Assembly (NCBI GenBank): GCA_013265495.1
Contig: MU063884.1
Coordinates: 222,024-286,023 of the forward strand
Source of the DNA: Vicugna vicugna
Lineage: Eukaryota
Reading direction: 5' to 3'
DNA: 64,000 nucleotides
A program made the position numbers and the translations under genes. Within the stretch, counting starts at the first letter, position 1. Every line of letters begins with the position of its first letter. This document shows, piece by piece, positions 12,172 to 25,229 of the stretch. The notes under the pieces were generated by a model, which worked only from the letters and a program-made list of their open reading frames with translations, searched no databases and was not told where the DNA came from.

Positions 12172-12371
12172 CAGGGTTTGGCGAACCATGGATGGCACAG
12201 CCCTTCCCCTCTTTTGGTGAACACGTTTTTATCGGAACACTGCCACGCTCTTTTGTTTATGTGTTGCCTGTGGCTGCATTCCTGTTGCAATGGTGGAGCT
12301 GAGAGTTGTGACAGAGACGGTGCGGCTCACAAAGCCGCAAAGATTTTACAGATAGCATTTGCCCAGCTCTG
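12172..12371 (+). mobile_element. MER58A-like hAT-Charlie MITE
   Basis: TIR-like ends 'cagggtttggcgaac' / 'tttgcccagctctg'; internal 'tttatcggaacactgccacgc...gagctgagagttgtgacagagac...ggctcacaaagcc'. Confidence 0.85.
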
Positions 12372-14582
12372 CTCTAAAATATTTTTGTTTTCTCAGTCAG
12401 TCCATGAAGTTCTCCACTGATGACTTTTTCACTAACCCAGCACAGTTTTAGAAATCCTGCCTTTCATCTTTCGGAACAGAGCAGGGCAGAAAGTCAATTC
12501 TTGGCATTGATGTTTTCTGAAGGAGTACGGTATAAAGTGCAGGTCTGATACCATGACCACTAAAGCAGATAATGCTGATGACTCTTAGAATTGAATGTCT
12601 CCATGCCAACTGGTCCATTCTGTCAGCAGACAGACCAAATGAGGTGAAAGAGAAACAGTCAGCTACGTTCGCTCCCTTGCTATCAGAACTTTGAGAATCA
12701 ACTAGGAAAAAATGTTCGTGCACCAGTCAAACTCAGTGAAAGGATTAGTTTTTTTTAGCCTAAACTCATTAAATTCTTCTTCATCTTGTTTTCAGGTTAG
12801 TCAGGCAAGAAGTATTCTTAATCCTATGGCAGCAGCTGTAAAAAAAAAAGTGTTTTTTTTTTTTTTGCAAACCCAATCTCTATTTTTCTTAAGTTTCTTA
12901 ACATATATGTTTTCAAGGCCATGTGACTTCCAGTTACTAATAATGGTCATTATCAGTTTCGAGTATATTCAACAGTGTCCCTTTTCTCTTTAATTGAGTT
13001 TGGGAAATATGCACAGTTGTTTTAAGTAATCATGACACACTATACTGACTTAAAAAGGTAAGGTTGGACAAAGCTTTTTGAATCAGATAGCTCGAACTGT
13101 AACACACATCCGCCTCAGGAAAGCGTAGTCTTTTGCTTGCCTTATTCGGAGTGAAACTACCAGCCAGGCTCAGGGGAATAAAGCATGATGCTGTCCAGTG
13201 ATAGAGCAGCTCTCAGGAAACTCTTAGATCAATGGAGGCTGAGTGCCCCCAGGTAAGTTACTTCAACATGTCTTCAATCATCCCCTCTATAAATAACAAA
13301 ATCCTAAGCGCCCTATGGTGGATGGGGTGTGTGTAAAGGGAAGGGGATGATATACTCAGAGAAAGAAATGAGTGAAAAAGCAGCAACTCCCAGAGCCTGT
13401 TTATAACTTTGTATTTTCTCTGGGAAATCTGTTTCCAGTCTATTGAAGAAAAGCATGATAAATGGAAGCATGTTTTTCCCATCGTACTTTAAAACAATGG
13501 CCATTGTCTGCATTTGTCTATTAAAAAGTCAGAAATTGTTACCATTTATTCAACAAAGACTTCTTTCATTTGGGATAAACTTTAACAGAATGGCCATCTT
13601 ATGGCTTGAGCAGGAGGTTTTATGTTCTTATTATGTAAATTTACTAGCTTTACTTTCACAAGGCACAGAAGGAATTTGATTATAAATGACAGAACTTCCA
13701 AGGTCTGGGCCCCCTTTGAGATCCTGTAAAACTGCGCGTTTTCATAAAGCAGTATGTGATGATGCGCAAAAAGGTCTAAACTCAGGTCATACTCTTAATA
13801 TCAAAGAATTAACAAAATTGATAACAATCACATTTGAAAATCTGTAAATCAAATTTTTATGTAGTATTATATTGGTATTGAACTGGTTATATTAATTCTA
13901 ATGAGCATTTATATAAAAAAAACTTTCTATATATATCTTTGTTATCTGTCCCTTGATTTTATGAGGTTAAAATACATTATCTGCAGGTCATAAACTTTTG
14001 TGGAAATATTTTTTGCTTAATAAATATGTTGATAAAATGAGAAAATATTAGCAAAAATTCTGAGTGCAATACAAATGTATAAATATGTATTCATACTTTA
14101 TTTAGAAACATAATTTGTATTGTAAAATGCCATTAAGATTTATTCCCTGATTATTTTTCCTGTAAAAAAAGCATTAAATGTAGAACCTAAAGCCAAAGAA
14201 ATTGTAAAAATGGGATTTAAAGCTATCTTTCTCTCAACTTGAAAATTTGAAAAAAAATACATGCAGAAAGGTTGCATTTTCTAAAGAAGTTTGAATTAAT
14301 CTGATGAATATTATGATAAATTATTATATTTCAGTATTGTTTTAGGAATTGAAGGACTGATCATTTGAACTGACACAGATCCCTTAATGGTCTGAGCATA
14401 TTGGAACGGACAATACACATTTCACATTTCATGTTGTCTTCCCCGCTTTCTGTTCAAAATTTTTTTCTTATTTCTTGTTTACCAGACATATTCACAACTA
14501 GTATAATTTTATAATAATACAAAATCTTTAATAAGAAAAAAATAGCAGTAGTCGTGTATATGTGTGTGCATCTCTCTTTCTC

Positions 14583-14609
14583 GTGTGTGTGTGTGTGCGT
14601 GTGTGTGTG
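14583..14609. repeat. (TG)n microsatellite
   Basis: direct reading; one C interruption. Confidence 0.9.
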
Positions 14610-14989
14610 CATATGTGGACAAGAGATGCCTGGTAAAGCCTTTGAAGTTTTGGTATAACTTTCTCTATTCAGTAAGACAAACTTATATAATTGTAATAGG
14701 ACATACATTCCACTTTATAGCTCTTAAAATACTTTAAGGTGCTGAGTACCTTCCTATAATAACCTTTTAAATATTCAATTTTGTGAAAACTATCTTCTTA
14801 TATTGAAATGAACTCCTGTGTAATCCATTGTTGAGGTGGAATTAGTGTGAATTTCCTGCATAAAGAGTCATCATTAATGAAAAAAAATTAATCTCCAAAG
14901 ACATTCTAATTTATTAAACTTCTTTCTATATATGATTCCTTTCTTTTTAATTGACTTTCTTGTTCCATTTGGATCCTTTTCAATCTCCT

Positions 14990-15110
14990 AGCAAAGAAGA
15001 AGAAGAAACAGGAGAGAGAGAGAAGGAGGAAGAGAAGGGGAGGAGAAGGAGAAAGAACAGAAGAAAGAGGAGGAGGAGGAGAAGAAAAAGGAAAGAGAGT
15101 GAGAAAACGA
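14990..15110. repeat. GA-rich polypurine low-complexity tract
   Basis: about 120 nt almost purely A/G (GAA/GGA/GAGA units). Confidence 0.85.
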
Positions 15111-15199
15111 GGGGGTGGGGGCCTCATCTCAGCAGACAAAAATTGGTGGTTTGGTTTGGAGAGAAAAATGAAGGGGCTGCTTAATAACAGGGATAATTA

Positions 15200-16200
15200 C
15201 TCTAGTTCAGAATAGTTTGCAATATCTTGTTCACCAACAGTCTGTCTACTGGAGAAAAGGCATAAGGGGCAATGAAGATGAAGACGAGGCAGAGATGATG
15301 CCGTCCACAGATTTACTCTCTAGGAAAGTGGCTCAAACAGGTAGACACCTGTGACATGGGAGAGATTGCTGTCAGTCACACACACAGTGGTGGGTTTACA
15401 GAATGATCGGGTTACTTATGGTTGTGATTTTCAGATACAGTTGCAGAGAAGAGTCAGCATTTGAGGTACATCTTGAAGGATGAGTATGGCAGGTAGGTCT
15501 GGGTAAGGGGGGTTGCAGGCCATAGGAACAGTGTGGTCAAGAGCACAAAGGGATGATCAGCGGCATCTAGGGAACAGTAACTGACTCACATAGGACAAGG
15601 TGGAAACTAGAGTAAGAGGGTTACTGACTGGAAACATATTAGAGAGGAGCTGGAAGAATGTCTTAGTGAGTGAACAAAGAATCAGGATTTTATTAAGACA
15701 AAAAGACGGGTTGCAGAGGGCTTTGTTTTTATTATTAATGTCATTATTATCATTTGACTGTTCTTAATATGGCAAGTATGTTGAGATTCCATGATTAGAT
15801 ACTTGCTTTGCAAAAAGAAAAGTCTTTCACGGCCATGAGGAAGAACTGAAATAGTTGAAGACTGGAGACAGTAATAGTAATTTAAAAATTAAATAAATGG
15901 ATGACAAATAGTAAGACCTCTAACCAGCATGTAGGATGAGAAAAGAAGGTGAAACAGAAATGACCCTGAAGACAGAATAATCAGAATTTATCAGTAGATT
16001 GAAAGTAGGAACAAAGAAAATGGGTCAAATGCAGCCCACGAGATGCCAACAATAAAGTTTCAGAGAAAAATAGGAAAATAATGAGAGGAAGCAATTTTAA
16101 GAAAGAATTGATGAGTTTGGTTTTGAATATGCTGAGTTTCAAGTGCTGTGGAGACATACATGCAGCTCCTGAACTTTAGGTAAGTGAAAACACAAAACTG
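15200..16200 (-). mobile_element. L2 LINE fragments
   Basis: 'catttgaggtacatcttgaaggatgagtatggcagg...aggaacagtgtggtcaagagcacaaag' and 'gagtttggttttgaatatgctgagtttcaagtgctgtggagacat' are typical antisense L2. Confidence 0.65.
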
Positions 16201-17248
16201 GTGAGTAAAGAATTTGAATTTGTTATCCTTAACCACACAGCTAAGCCTCACATGTGATCAGTTCCAGAGTTCACGGAAGGTTAAAACAAGGCACTTCTGT
16301 GTCCGGTGTTGTACTTGGCGTTCTTATTTTATGCAGCATCACCTACATTCTGGGAGTGCCAGTCATCCCATCAATCAACTCATACTTCCAGAGCTTCTCT
16401 GGAGACCTGGTACTGTTTTACATAATGAGATGAAGGCTCGTGTTAGATCATCACCCCTGCAATACTGCTTAGAGACCATTAACCCGTTTGTTAAAAATAA
16501 GAGTGAGTCACATGATGGTGCACAAAACTAAGACTACATCATTTGAAATCTGATATGACAGCTTGAAAGTGGACTCCTTGATGAAAATGTAGCTCAGAAG
16601 CAGCCACCTACCAAGGTGGCTACAGACCAAGAGCACGGCCGTGCAGGAGCCCCAGGCATACACAGTGCAGGCTTCTCTGCAGAGAGTGGGCTGGGGAGAG
16701 GACTGTGTAAAATTGTAGGGCATCATCTAAAATCTTCCAGGGGACTTTGGGTTAGCAGCTGCAGAGATACATGTTTCAGTTCTAATTTAAGGAATTCTGG
16801 ATGTATTTGGTTTCCAACTATTACGAATGCTACCCAGACGACTAGAAATCAAGGTGAGGAGGGATTTACTTGCTTATTTGTGCATTCACATTAGGAAATC
16901 ATGATGCTGCAAGACAGGGTAGAGCAAAAGGCGATAAATTTGTAAGGAAGATTTTCAGAGCCATTCAACCATCTCTCCAATTGTGCATTCCTTGTATTTT
17001 GAAAATTAGAGGGATGGAAGAGTTTTTAGCTGACCTCTTAAACACTTTGTGTTTGTCACAGAGAAAAATTGGTCTCTGAACATTTTTAACTCTGTAAATC
17101 TATGTATAGCCACATGTTAGTTTCTTTGAAACAACATGGGTATAATTCTGTGGTGTAAGCGGGTAGGGTTATGGATTTACCAATTTTTAATTTTTTTAAG
17201 TAATAATTTTTAGTAATATTCATGAAAGTACTTTACCAAAAGCCACAG

Positions 17249-17604
17249 TGTATGGGCTGAATTGTGTCCCTCCAAATCCATATGTTGAAGCCCTAACCCT
17301 CATTACCTCTGAATGTGACTGTATTTGGAGGTAACATCTTTAATGTAGTGCTTACATTAAAATAAGGTCCTTTAGGAAGGGCTCTAGTTCATATGACTGG
17401 TGTCCTTGTAAGAAGAGGAAATTAGCACACAGTCACACAGAGGAGACAGGCATGTAGAAATCAGGGAGGAAGATCTAGAAGAAACCAACCCTGCCAACAC
17501 CTCGATCTTAGACTTCTGGTCTCCAGAGTTGTAAAAAATGAATTTCCCTGGTTAAACCACCCAATCTGTGGTATTTTATATGGCAGCCGTAGTAAACTGA
17601 TAAC
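17249..17604 (+). mobile_element. MaLR solo LTR, MLT1B-like
   Basis: 'tgtatgggctgaattgtgtccctccaaatccatatgttgaagccctaacc...gaaaccaaccctgccaacacctcgatcttagacttc...ggcagccgtagtaaactgata'. Confidence 0.85.
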
Positions 17605-18649
17605 CATGTTAACAAAACTGTATATAGCTTTTGAACTGTCATTGCTCAAGGGAACACAAACAGTCTGATCAACACTTTTATATTGTTTAAATAAAAGAAA
17701 TTTCCACAAAAAATATAGGTCTTCATTATCCCAAATAAGAATTCTCAGAAAGTATCTTCTAATTAAAACTTGTGTTAGTATAACAAAAGAAAACGCAGTA
17801 TCTAGTACCAGTTTTCTAATTAACTCTAAGAAAAAAAAATCAAAGTTATAAATAAAGCAGTTGGATTTCACTCATCAAAACGAGTACACTTGCATTTAGC
17901 ATAGTTTTTGTTGGAGGCTGGTCAAGTGAATTACACAGATCCTCTTATTCTGTAAACAACCAGTGATTCATAATACATCTGCTTTATTCGCATATAATAA
18001 TTCAGCTTACTTTTATTAGAATCCAAAGTTTTCATTTAAGGAAGAAGCTGATAAAGCAAAGCATAAATGTCCTATAGCAGAGTTGGAAAGAATGCACATT
18101 TGAAGAAAAGAGTAATTTTTTTTCTCAGGATACTTTTAGTAGTTTTAACTATTTTTAATAATACAATAGAAATTCCTTAGCAAATGTAACATCTACATGT
18201 AGTGATACATAGCTAATTTATTACAAAAAGATAAAATGTTATTTTGAGGAGTTACTTCTATCATGAAATGAGAATTATCTTGAAGCAGTCACCTAGACTT
18301 GTCTTTTTCCTCTGAAAGAATTAGTCCAACATACCCTGTTATTATGGCTGGTTCTATTTTACTTTTTTTCCAGGAAGGCAGCCAAATTTCAGTAATTAAC
18401 AGTATTTATGGCTGGATTAAATCTCACTTGCTGTAGTTTAAACACCTTTCCTTTTAAAGTTCTTGTTTATGTTCATTTTAAATGTGGTCTCTTGTTTACT
18501 TCAAAGCTAGTCTACAGACTGCATCCTACTTGAAGAAGCTTCTGGGGTTTGGTGCTTTTAGGAAACTCAGAATTTCAATATTCTGAAAGTTCATTCTCTG
18601 ATTGGTCATGTACAGTATAATTCTAGGAATAATCTTGAATTTTCCACTA

Positions 18650-18840
18650 TTTCATCTTTTCCCCTTTATTGCATATGCAAATTTGTAATTATATATTCAT
18701 TTATGTGATTATTTATTTCTCTGACATACCAGACTACACACATTTTCTTGCTTAACCTTGCCCAGCTCTTAGCACAAGCTGGACACATAACAAGTCCTGA
18801 GTACATCTGGTTTCTGAACTAGGTTGCAATGTTGAATAAA
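18650..18840 (+). mobile_element. L2 3' end fragment
   Basis: 'ttgtaattatatattcatttatgtgattatttatttctc...cttagcacaagctggacacataacaagtcctgagtac...gttgaataaa'. Confidence 0.45.
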
Positions 18841-18999
18841 CTCTTTCTTGGTCTTAACCTCCCTCCATAAACCACATTAATGTATTTCTGTGAAAAACAG
18901 ACTTGAACTGTGGCTATTTTGCTAATCTTGCTTATTATTATTCATAAATCAGCTGATTTCCACTGTAGGATTTACACCTTAAGGTCATAGTATTTTTCC

Positions 19000-19230
19000 C
19001 ATTTATGGAATATTTACTATATATCATGATACATGCATTGTGCAAAGATGTATTGTGACATAAAGCATCTGAGGTATGAACTATTACAACCCCTAATCAA
19101 AACAAAAAATAAACAAACAAAAAAGTATATTGAAGCTCAGAAGGAATAGGTAATCTTTAAGACCATTCACGTAGGAAATGGGTACAAAATAGAAAATTAG
19201 GTCTGACCGTTTACATTCCTGAAATCAACA
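19000..19230 (-). mobile_element. MIR fragment
   Basis: 'ctgaggtatgaactattacaaccc...tgaagctcagaaggaataggtaatctttaagacc...aggtctgacc'. Confidence 0.4.
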
Positions 19231-19578
19231 GCCAGATACCCAGGTCTGAGTACCTGGTTATTTTGAACACCCCTTCCTCTTCCCTTCGTCTTTTGGATGA
19301 GTGAGTTGGAGGTTAAGTTCCTTAATGACTCCAGTCATCCATAGCCAATTGCAGTGATTAGATCATTCTCTTCTACGAAAAAAGTATCACCCCTGATTTC
19401 CAAATCTCCCAAACAGAATCAAATAAACAGGGAGAAAGTAAAATCTGTGTAAATTCTGAAATGTCTGTGCAACAAAAGAAATTAAGCTCTTTATATCACA
19501 CAAATGTGTGGGCAGACTCTGAAAAAGAGATGACGCCATCGGATAGTATTTTTATGTGATCACGGCTAACGTGAACTG

Positions 19579-19675
19579 AAAAGTCCCATCAAGGTTTTAT
19601 AAACTATGAAAAAAAAAGAGATATTTATAAACTATGAAAAATCCCACCAAGGTTTTATAAACTATGGAAAAAAAA
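19579..19675. repeat. Local tandem duplication (~39-bp unit twice, plus a partial third copy)
   Basis: aaaagtcccatcaaggttttataaactatgaaaa (from 19579) and aaaaatcccaccaaggttttataaactatggaaa (from 19637); tttataaactatg occurs three times. Confidence 0.85.
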
Positions 19676-19819
19676 CTATATTGATGTCAATTATGAGTCA
19701 TCTCATATCCAAAATTTGTCTGTTTTGTGATTATGCCTTAACTTGAAAAATTAGAATACCTTCCATATTTATTTTAGTTTACCTATTTCAAGGGGGTTTG
19801 CCTATACTAATTAACTTTG

Positions 19820-19965
19820 TTCTCTAACCCGTGAGGCAGCTGGGTGCTCTGACCTTATTTTCAAAGATGGGGAAAAGAAGTTCTGAGAATCTTGGTGATT
19901 TGCCCAAGGTCCTTCATAATAAGGGGTAATTAAGTCTTCTGCAGCTAGAATTCTCTATGCTATAT
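19820..19965 (-). mobile_element. MIR fragment
   Basis: 'aacccgtgaggcagctggg...cttattttcaaagatggggaaaag...ggtgatttgcccaaggtc'. Confidence 0.5.
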
Positions 19966-22900
19966 CTCACTCCTTTCCTAAAATTGGAGTTTTATTGTGA
20001 ACTGACCTTACAAAAGGTAATAAACCAAACAAATGTTAAGGATAATATCCTTTTCCTAAACAGGAAATATTTCATCACATAGACTTTAATTACTATCATC
20101 ACAATAGAATAATATATTCCAAGACAAAAAAAAATGGCATCACACTGAAGAAAGAGAAATAAACAAAAGACTGGGAACTTACAGAGAAAACCTGGCGTTA
20201 AGACATTCAGAACTAAATGGTCCTAAACTATAAACAGTACCATAAAAACAAAATACACAGTGCAGGATTTTAGTCCAAGCCTTCCAAAGTTTTCCTTAGA
20301 AAATAAGATATGCCTTTCCTCAATAATGCAAAAAGCAGATCTTCTAAGGTAAACTGCCCATTATGTAGGCAAAGAAAGAAAAAAGGAAAGAAATCCTGAT
20401 GGAAAGGGACTGAAAGCTGCTGTTTGTATCAAGTGCCATGAATCAACCCTAGCCTGACCTTCACATGGAATATTTAATATCTAGCAGAGGACTTGGGCTT
20501 TGAACATCAAAATCTCATTTCAGATTACTGATCTGTGAAATTCTAGGAGACATGAGAAAAATCCCATGGAAGATAACAAATAACCAAAAGGAAATAACAG
20601 CAAACAAACCAACACTGTATTTAATGGAGCATACGAAACCGTTTTTGGAGAGTCCTGACTGATCTGTGGAATTTTAGGTCTCACATTTTATAAGGAGATA
20701 TTTTAAGATGTAATAAAATATTGTATATTCTACCACAGAAATGACTTAAAGTAACTTGAATATGTAAAACTCCATCTACATATCCATAAACAAATACAAG
20801 TATTTCAATGTATTTTCCTCAGGAGAAATAATAAGGCTCCACCATCTTTTAAATAAAATAATCTTTAAGTTACAGGGAACATCAACAGAGAAAACAATGT
20901 TGCACTAAAAATGATTTTGAGGAATGCAAACCATACCTTCAGTTACAGGAAAAGTAATTAAATTACTCTTCTCACACAAGCCCCCCCGCCTCCCACCTTC
21001 TCGTAAAATCTCGAGACTCACTACATAACCGAGAAGTAATTCCATCCGTAATGACATCTTTATAGAATGATTAAGTCATTTTTTGACCTACAAAAGCCAA
21101 GGAGAATGTTGCCTTGTCAGAATCAGCATTTACACTGAAGAAAATTTAATAAGGATAACCTGAAATAACCATGGTAAACAAGAGAAATCCCATTCTCTGG
21201 GCCTCAGATTGCTTATGCTTGGGTTTAGGCATTTGTCAACTTATACAGAGTAGTGATTTTTAAAGATAGAGTTAATTATTTCATTTACATGAAATTCAAT
21301 AGCAAATTGGGATACCTCTCTGGCAAAATTATGTTGCCAAAAGGGCCCAAAGTGACGAGTTTTTGAATGCAGGTATTTTAGAAGCTTGAGGAGAAAACCC
21401 TCAACAGTCCTGCCTAGCGCATGGTAGATGTAAGGCTCACTGAGAATTGCTTCTGTTTTCCCTGATGAACGCCACTGAGATCAAAGCCTTTCTGTTTTCT
21501 AGGCCACGACCTTTAGCCACCACCTCTCATCATGATGCTATGCATCGCCCCTTGTTTTTGGGACAGTGGCACCCATAGGGAAGTGGGACTGGTGGGTGTG
21601 GGTGGGAGACAGAGAGAAAGGTGAGCCTTCTAGGATGGGAGCTGGGGCAGGCAGGAACACGGAAGGAGGCAGATCAAGGCTGATGACTGAGCTGAGAAAG
21701 AGAGGGCTTTTCTGGAGAGGAGAGGAAGGGAACAGAGCTCATCACTCATTTGTGGTCTCAATTCCCAAAAAGCACATTTAACTCAGATCTATGGGGGGGG
21801 GTGTGTGGTGGAGGAGTCAGACGAGTTCCTCCGATATTCTCACAGCATGGTATAGTCTGCTCCTTTCAAGGTGTTTCTTGAAGAATTCAGAGAAAGCAGA
21901 AGGATGTTCAAGCTGTGACAGCAAAGTGGTGGATATGACTGATCTGTTAAAAGTTCAATTTAGCTAATACGCTTGTTATCTTTTTTGCTTTTTAATGCTT
22001 CGGGCCGGGATCCAGTCTTTCGTTTGCTGGGATCCACACACCCTCTGTTGTCTTATACTTAATCCTCTTCAAAAGGGCATGAAGGCATCTGAATTTTCCA
22101 TCCCTTTTCCAGAGCACTGGACACAGAGTCTAGTGTTAGAGGGATTAATGCCAGATACCCCATTATCACTGGAAAACCTTCAATCTACTGGTGTGTGTGT
22201 CTGTGTGCGTGTTTATGAACCTGTAAGGATTTCCATGTTATGTTGGCTGTTTGGTCCCTAGAAATATGTAATACCCAGCACTAAAGAATGAGAAATGACA
22301 TTTTTGGCTTAATCTGTATATTCAGCAAATTCATACACAGAGGCTAAAATGTACACACTTAAAGTATACACTTAATATTTTGAACTACTCATTGAACTTT
22401 TATAGACTGTAAAGGAACATGCTTTTGTTCTTAGAGTTCCATTTCTCTATATCAAAAGTGTTTCATTATTGAGCCAATTTTTAAAGCTATGTGATCACAT
22501 TCTTAACTGCATTTTCTCATCTCACCATGTTAGAGAAACGTTTCTATAGGATTCATATAAATCCTTGGCCACAGTCGTACTATTCCTTCCTGAGTATTTT
22601 GATCGCAAAAGCGGTTCACTCTACTAAATGTGAATTTTTCTAAGCCTTGTTTTCTCACTTCCCCTTCCAAACAGACCCTGGGGATGGGACCCTTCGTGGC
22701 TCAAGGCAGCATGCATGCAGTCAACACAAGAGCCTGAAAAACAGCCCAGCACAGTCTTCCCCCTATGCCTCCTCATGTATTATTAAAGCCAGCAAAGCTT
22801 CCTGGATTGCTGAACAAAGATGACCATCCTCCACCAATGAATTCAATCTGCAGGCTTCTGAATGTTCGCCAGTGCTCTGTGTTGCCTGCACGTGGCAGAT

Positions 22901-24059
22901 ATAATTGGCAAACTGAATGAAGAATTTCCTATTCTTACTAGGCAGTATTCCAGATAGAAGATAAGAAAGCCTGAATAGCTAAGCTGGCATGTGAAAGGGG
23001 CTCTGTTTTTCATGTAACACGTATTATGAAGATGCAAATTTCCTCTCAACCTCATCACACAGAAGCAACGTTTGTGGCTGCTCAGCAGACATTCCTTTAG
23101 CGGTTAGCAATTTGTGTCCCCAGGGTCTTCTTTGTCAATATTTTCCAACTCTGTTTTGAAGAAATATAATAACGTCTTCTCAGAATTCCCTATAGATGTA
23201 TATTGATGGATATATGTAAATCATATCCTCAGTGTTGTATTATCGGTCTATTCAAAATGCCATATCCAAGGATCTGTCCTGCTCCATGCTCATTTCACTG
23301 AAACTGAGGTTAGCGAAAATCAAGGTAGTCGTTAGTTCAGACCCACATTTTGATTAGGTAACATCCCATAAAAAAAGAGTCATTAAATATCTAAGCATCA
23401 TTCTGGCCAGTCGGTATGGAGCCATTTTTTAAAAGTACCTGGTTGATGTGTTCACATGTGTTCAAGTACGTTATTTTGTAATTTTGTTCCTATCAGTATA
23501 TTTCCTTCATTAAGTCATACGTGCTGTGCACATATCCTCTAAAAAACTCATTAAGCTTTTATAGGGAAAAGAAAATATCCTTGTCCCATATTTGGCTTTC
23601 ACTGTCTAATTTCTTCCCTTGGTGTTACCAGATATTTGGTTTTCCTTCTAGAAGTGGTCAATGTGTATAAGGGAAAAAAATGGTCATAATTATAGGGCCC
23701 TATGCACAGTTTCTATACCTTACTTTTTCACCATAACCACTTTCGAAACCTGATAATTCACAATCAGGCTGAAACTACATTTACTATTAGCATAACTGCT
23801 AAATTTTAATTTGTTAATTTGATTAAAAGCAAACATAATTAGGAATACAGTGGACCCAGAAACGCTGCTCTTGCATTCTTGAACTTGCCGCTCATTCACG
23901 ACCACAGGTGCTGAGCGCCGGCTACTGCAGAGCATTCTGCGAAACCTTCAGCTAATGCCCAGTTCCACAGGTCACCCCTGCCATCTAGGACCTTGCAGCC
24001 ACGGGAGAGACGCCAGCTTGCCGTTAAGCACAGCACATTTCCCTTCAGGTCATCTGGTT

Positions 24060-24315
24060 GCCCACCCCTCGCCCTCTCTTTCCCGGTATGAGTCTGTGTT
24101 TCCTCTTTCTGTCTCCCTGAGCACGTTCCTTTCTCATCCTTGATCTGGCTCTGTACCCACAGCCAGGTGTTTCCGCTCTCCTTTGTCTCCATCTCTCTTC
24201 ATTTATCTTCAGAATCACATATCTCCCCATCTGTCCTCTTTTCTGTGTTCCCGCTGTCTGTCCAGCTTTCTATGTCTGCACTTCTCCTTCTCTGCCTGCC
24301 TCTTCATTTTCTTTG
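24060..24315. repeat. CT-rich polypyrimidine low-complexity tract
   Basis: direct reading; CTCT/TTCT/CTGTCT-rich. Confidence 0.6.
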
Positions 24316-24499
24316 TAAGTGAATATTCATTTGCTGGGCACACGCCTGCGCCTCCTTCACCTGGTCCACTGCCACCTACACTTCAAGCCTTGGCATAAAT
24401 GCTACTTTCAGAAAGTGATCCCCCTTAACCAGACTAAATTGTTTTTTACATATAATTTCACTCTTTCATTCTTTCTTCAAGGTCTCATCCCACCTGCAA

Positions 24500-25200
24500 T
24501 TATGTTTTTAAATGTATTTTTCAAATTTTTGCAAGAAAACACATCATGTTAAAAGACAATAATAAGTAATGCAGTGGAAAGTCTCCCAGCTACCCCAGTT
24601 CCCCTCCAGCCAAATTTCCCACAGTGCTTCCCAGCACTATGATCCATGCACAGATTACTGTTAGTTTAGTTACTTTTGAACTTTTGCATAGTCCTTTTGT
24701 GTATATATAAACAAACATGAGATTCCCTTTTTTATTATATACAATATATCAGTAGCTTGTACATACCATTGTGCACTATACTTTTTCTCATAATGTGTTC
24801 CGGAGATCTCTCAATATTAGTAAATAGAGAGCTTAGTCATTTTTTTCCTTAAAGATGCATTCTATACAATTGTCTGTATGTATCATAGATTGATTTCACT
24901 GCCTATTGATGGATATGTCATTTGTGTCCGATACAAAGAAGTTAATAATCTTGAGTGCCCACTGTTTCACATATGTGTGAGTTTAGGCTAAATTTCTCAA
25001 AGTGCAGATGCCTCATGAAAGATTATGTGCATTTTTCATAAGAAAAATATCCCACTATTGCCTTAAATGGAAGCTATAACAAATTTACACTCTCATGAGC
25101 AATATAAAAAGTAGCTATTTCTCCAGTTTTGTCAAGAGAATACATAAGCAAACTTAAAAAAAATCTGTCAGTCCAGTGAGTGAAAAACTGCATCACAGTG
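24500..25200 (-). mobile_element. Old L1 (L1ME-type) 3' region
   Basis: 'gtgttccggagatctctcaatattagtaaatagagagc...cctattgatggatat...aaatttacactctcatgagcaatataaaaagtag' matches antisense L1ME hallmarks. Confidence 0.7.
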
Positions 25201-25229
25201 TATTATCCATTCTCTCTGAGGTACCATGA

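Noticed and set aside
13755-13830. Box C motif (gtgatga) as a snoRNA candidate; likewise at ~23050 on the minus strand
   Set aside because: No box D (CTGA) at a suitable distance and no terminal stem.
14906-15184. Arg/Glu/Lys-rich ORFs
   Set aside because: They are translations of a polypurine low-complexity tract.
15241-15340. Exon-like segment SVYWRKGIRGNEDEDEAEMMPSTDLLSRKVAQT with cag/gtagac boundaries
   Set aside because: It lies at the start of an antisense L2 region, the splice sites are weak, and I recognise no protein.
17461-17871. 136-aa minus-strand ORF
   Set aside because: It runs through an MLT1B LTR and AT-rich flank; the composition is not protein-like.
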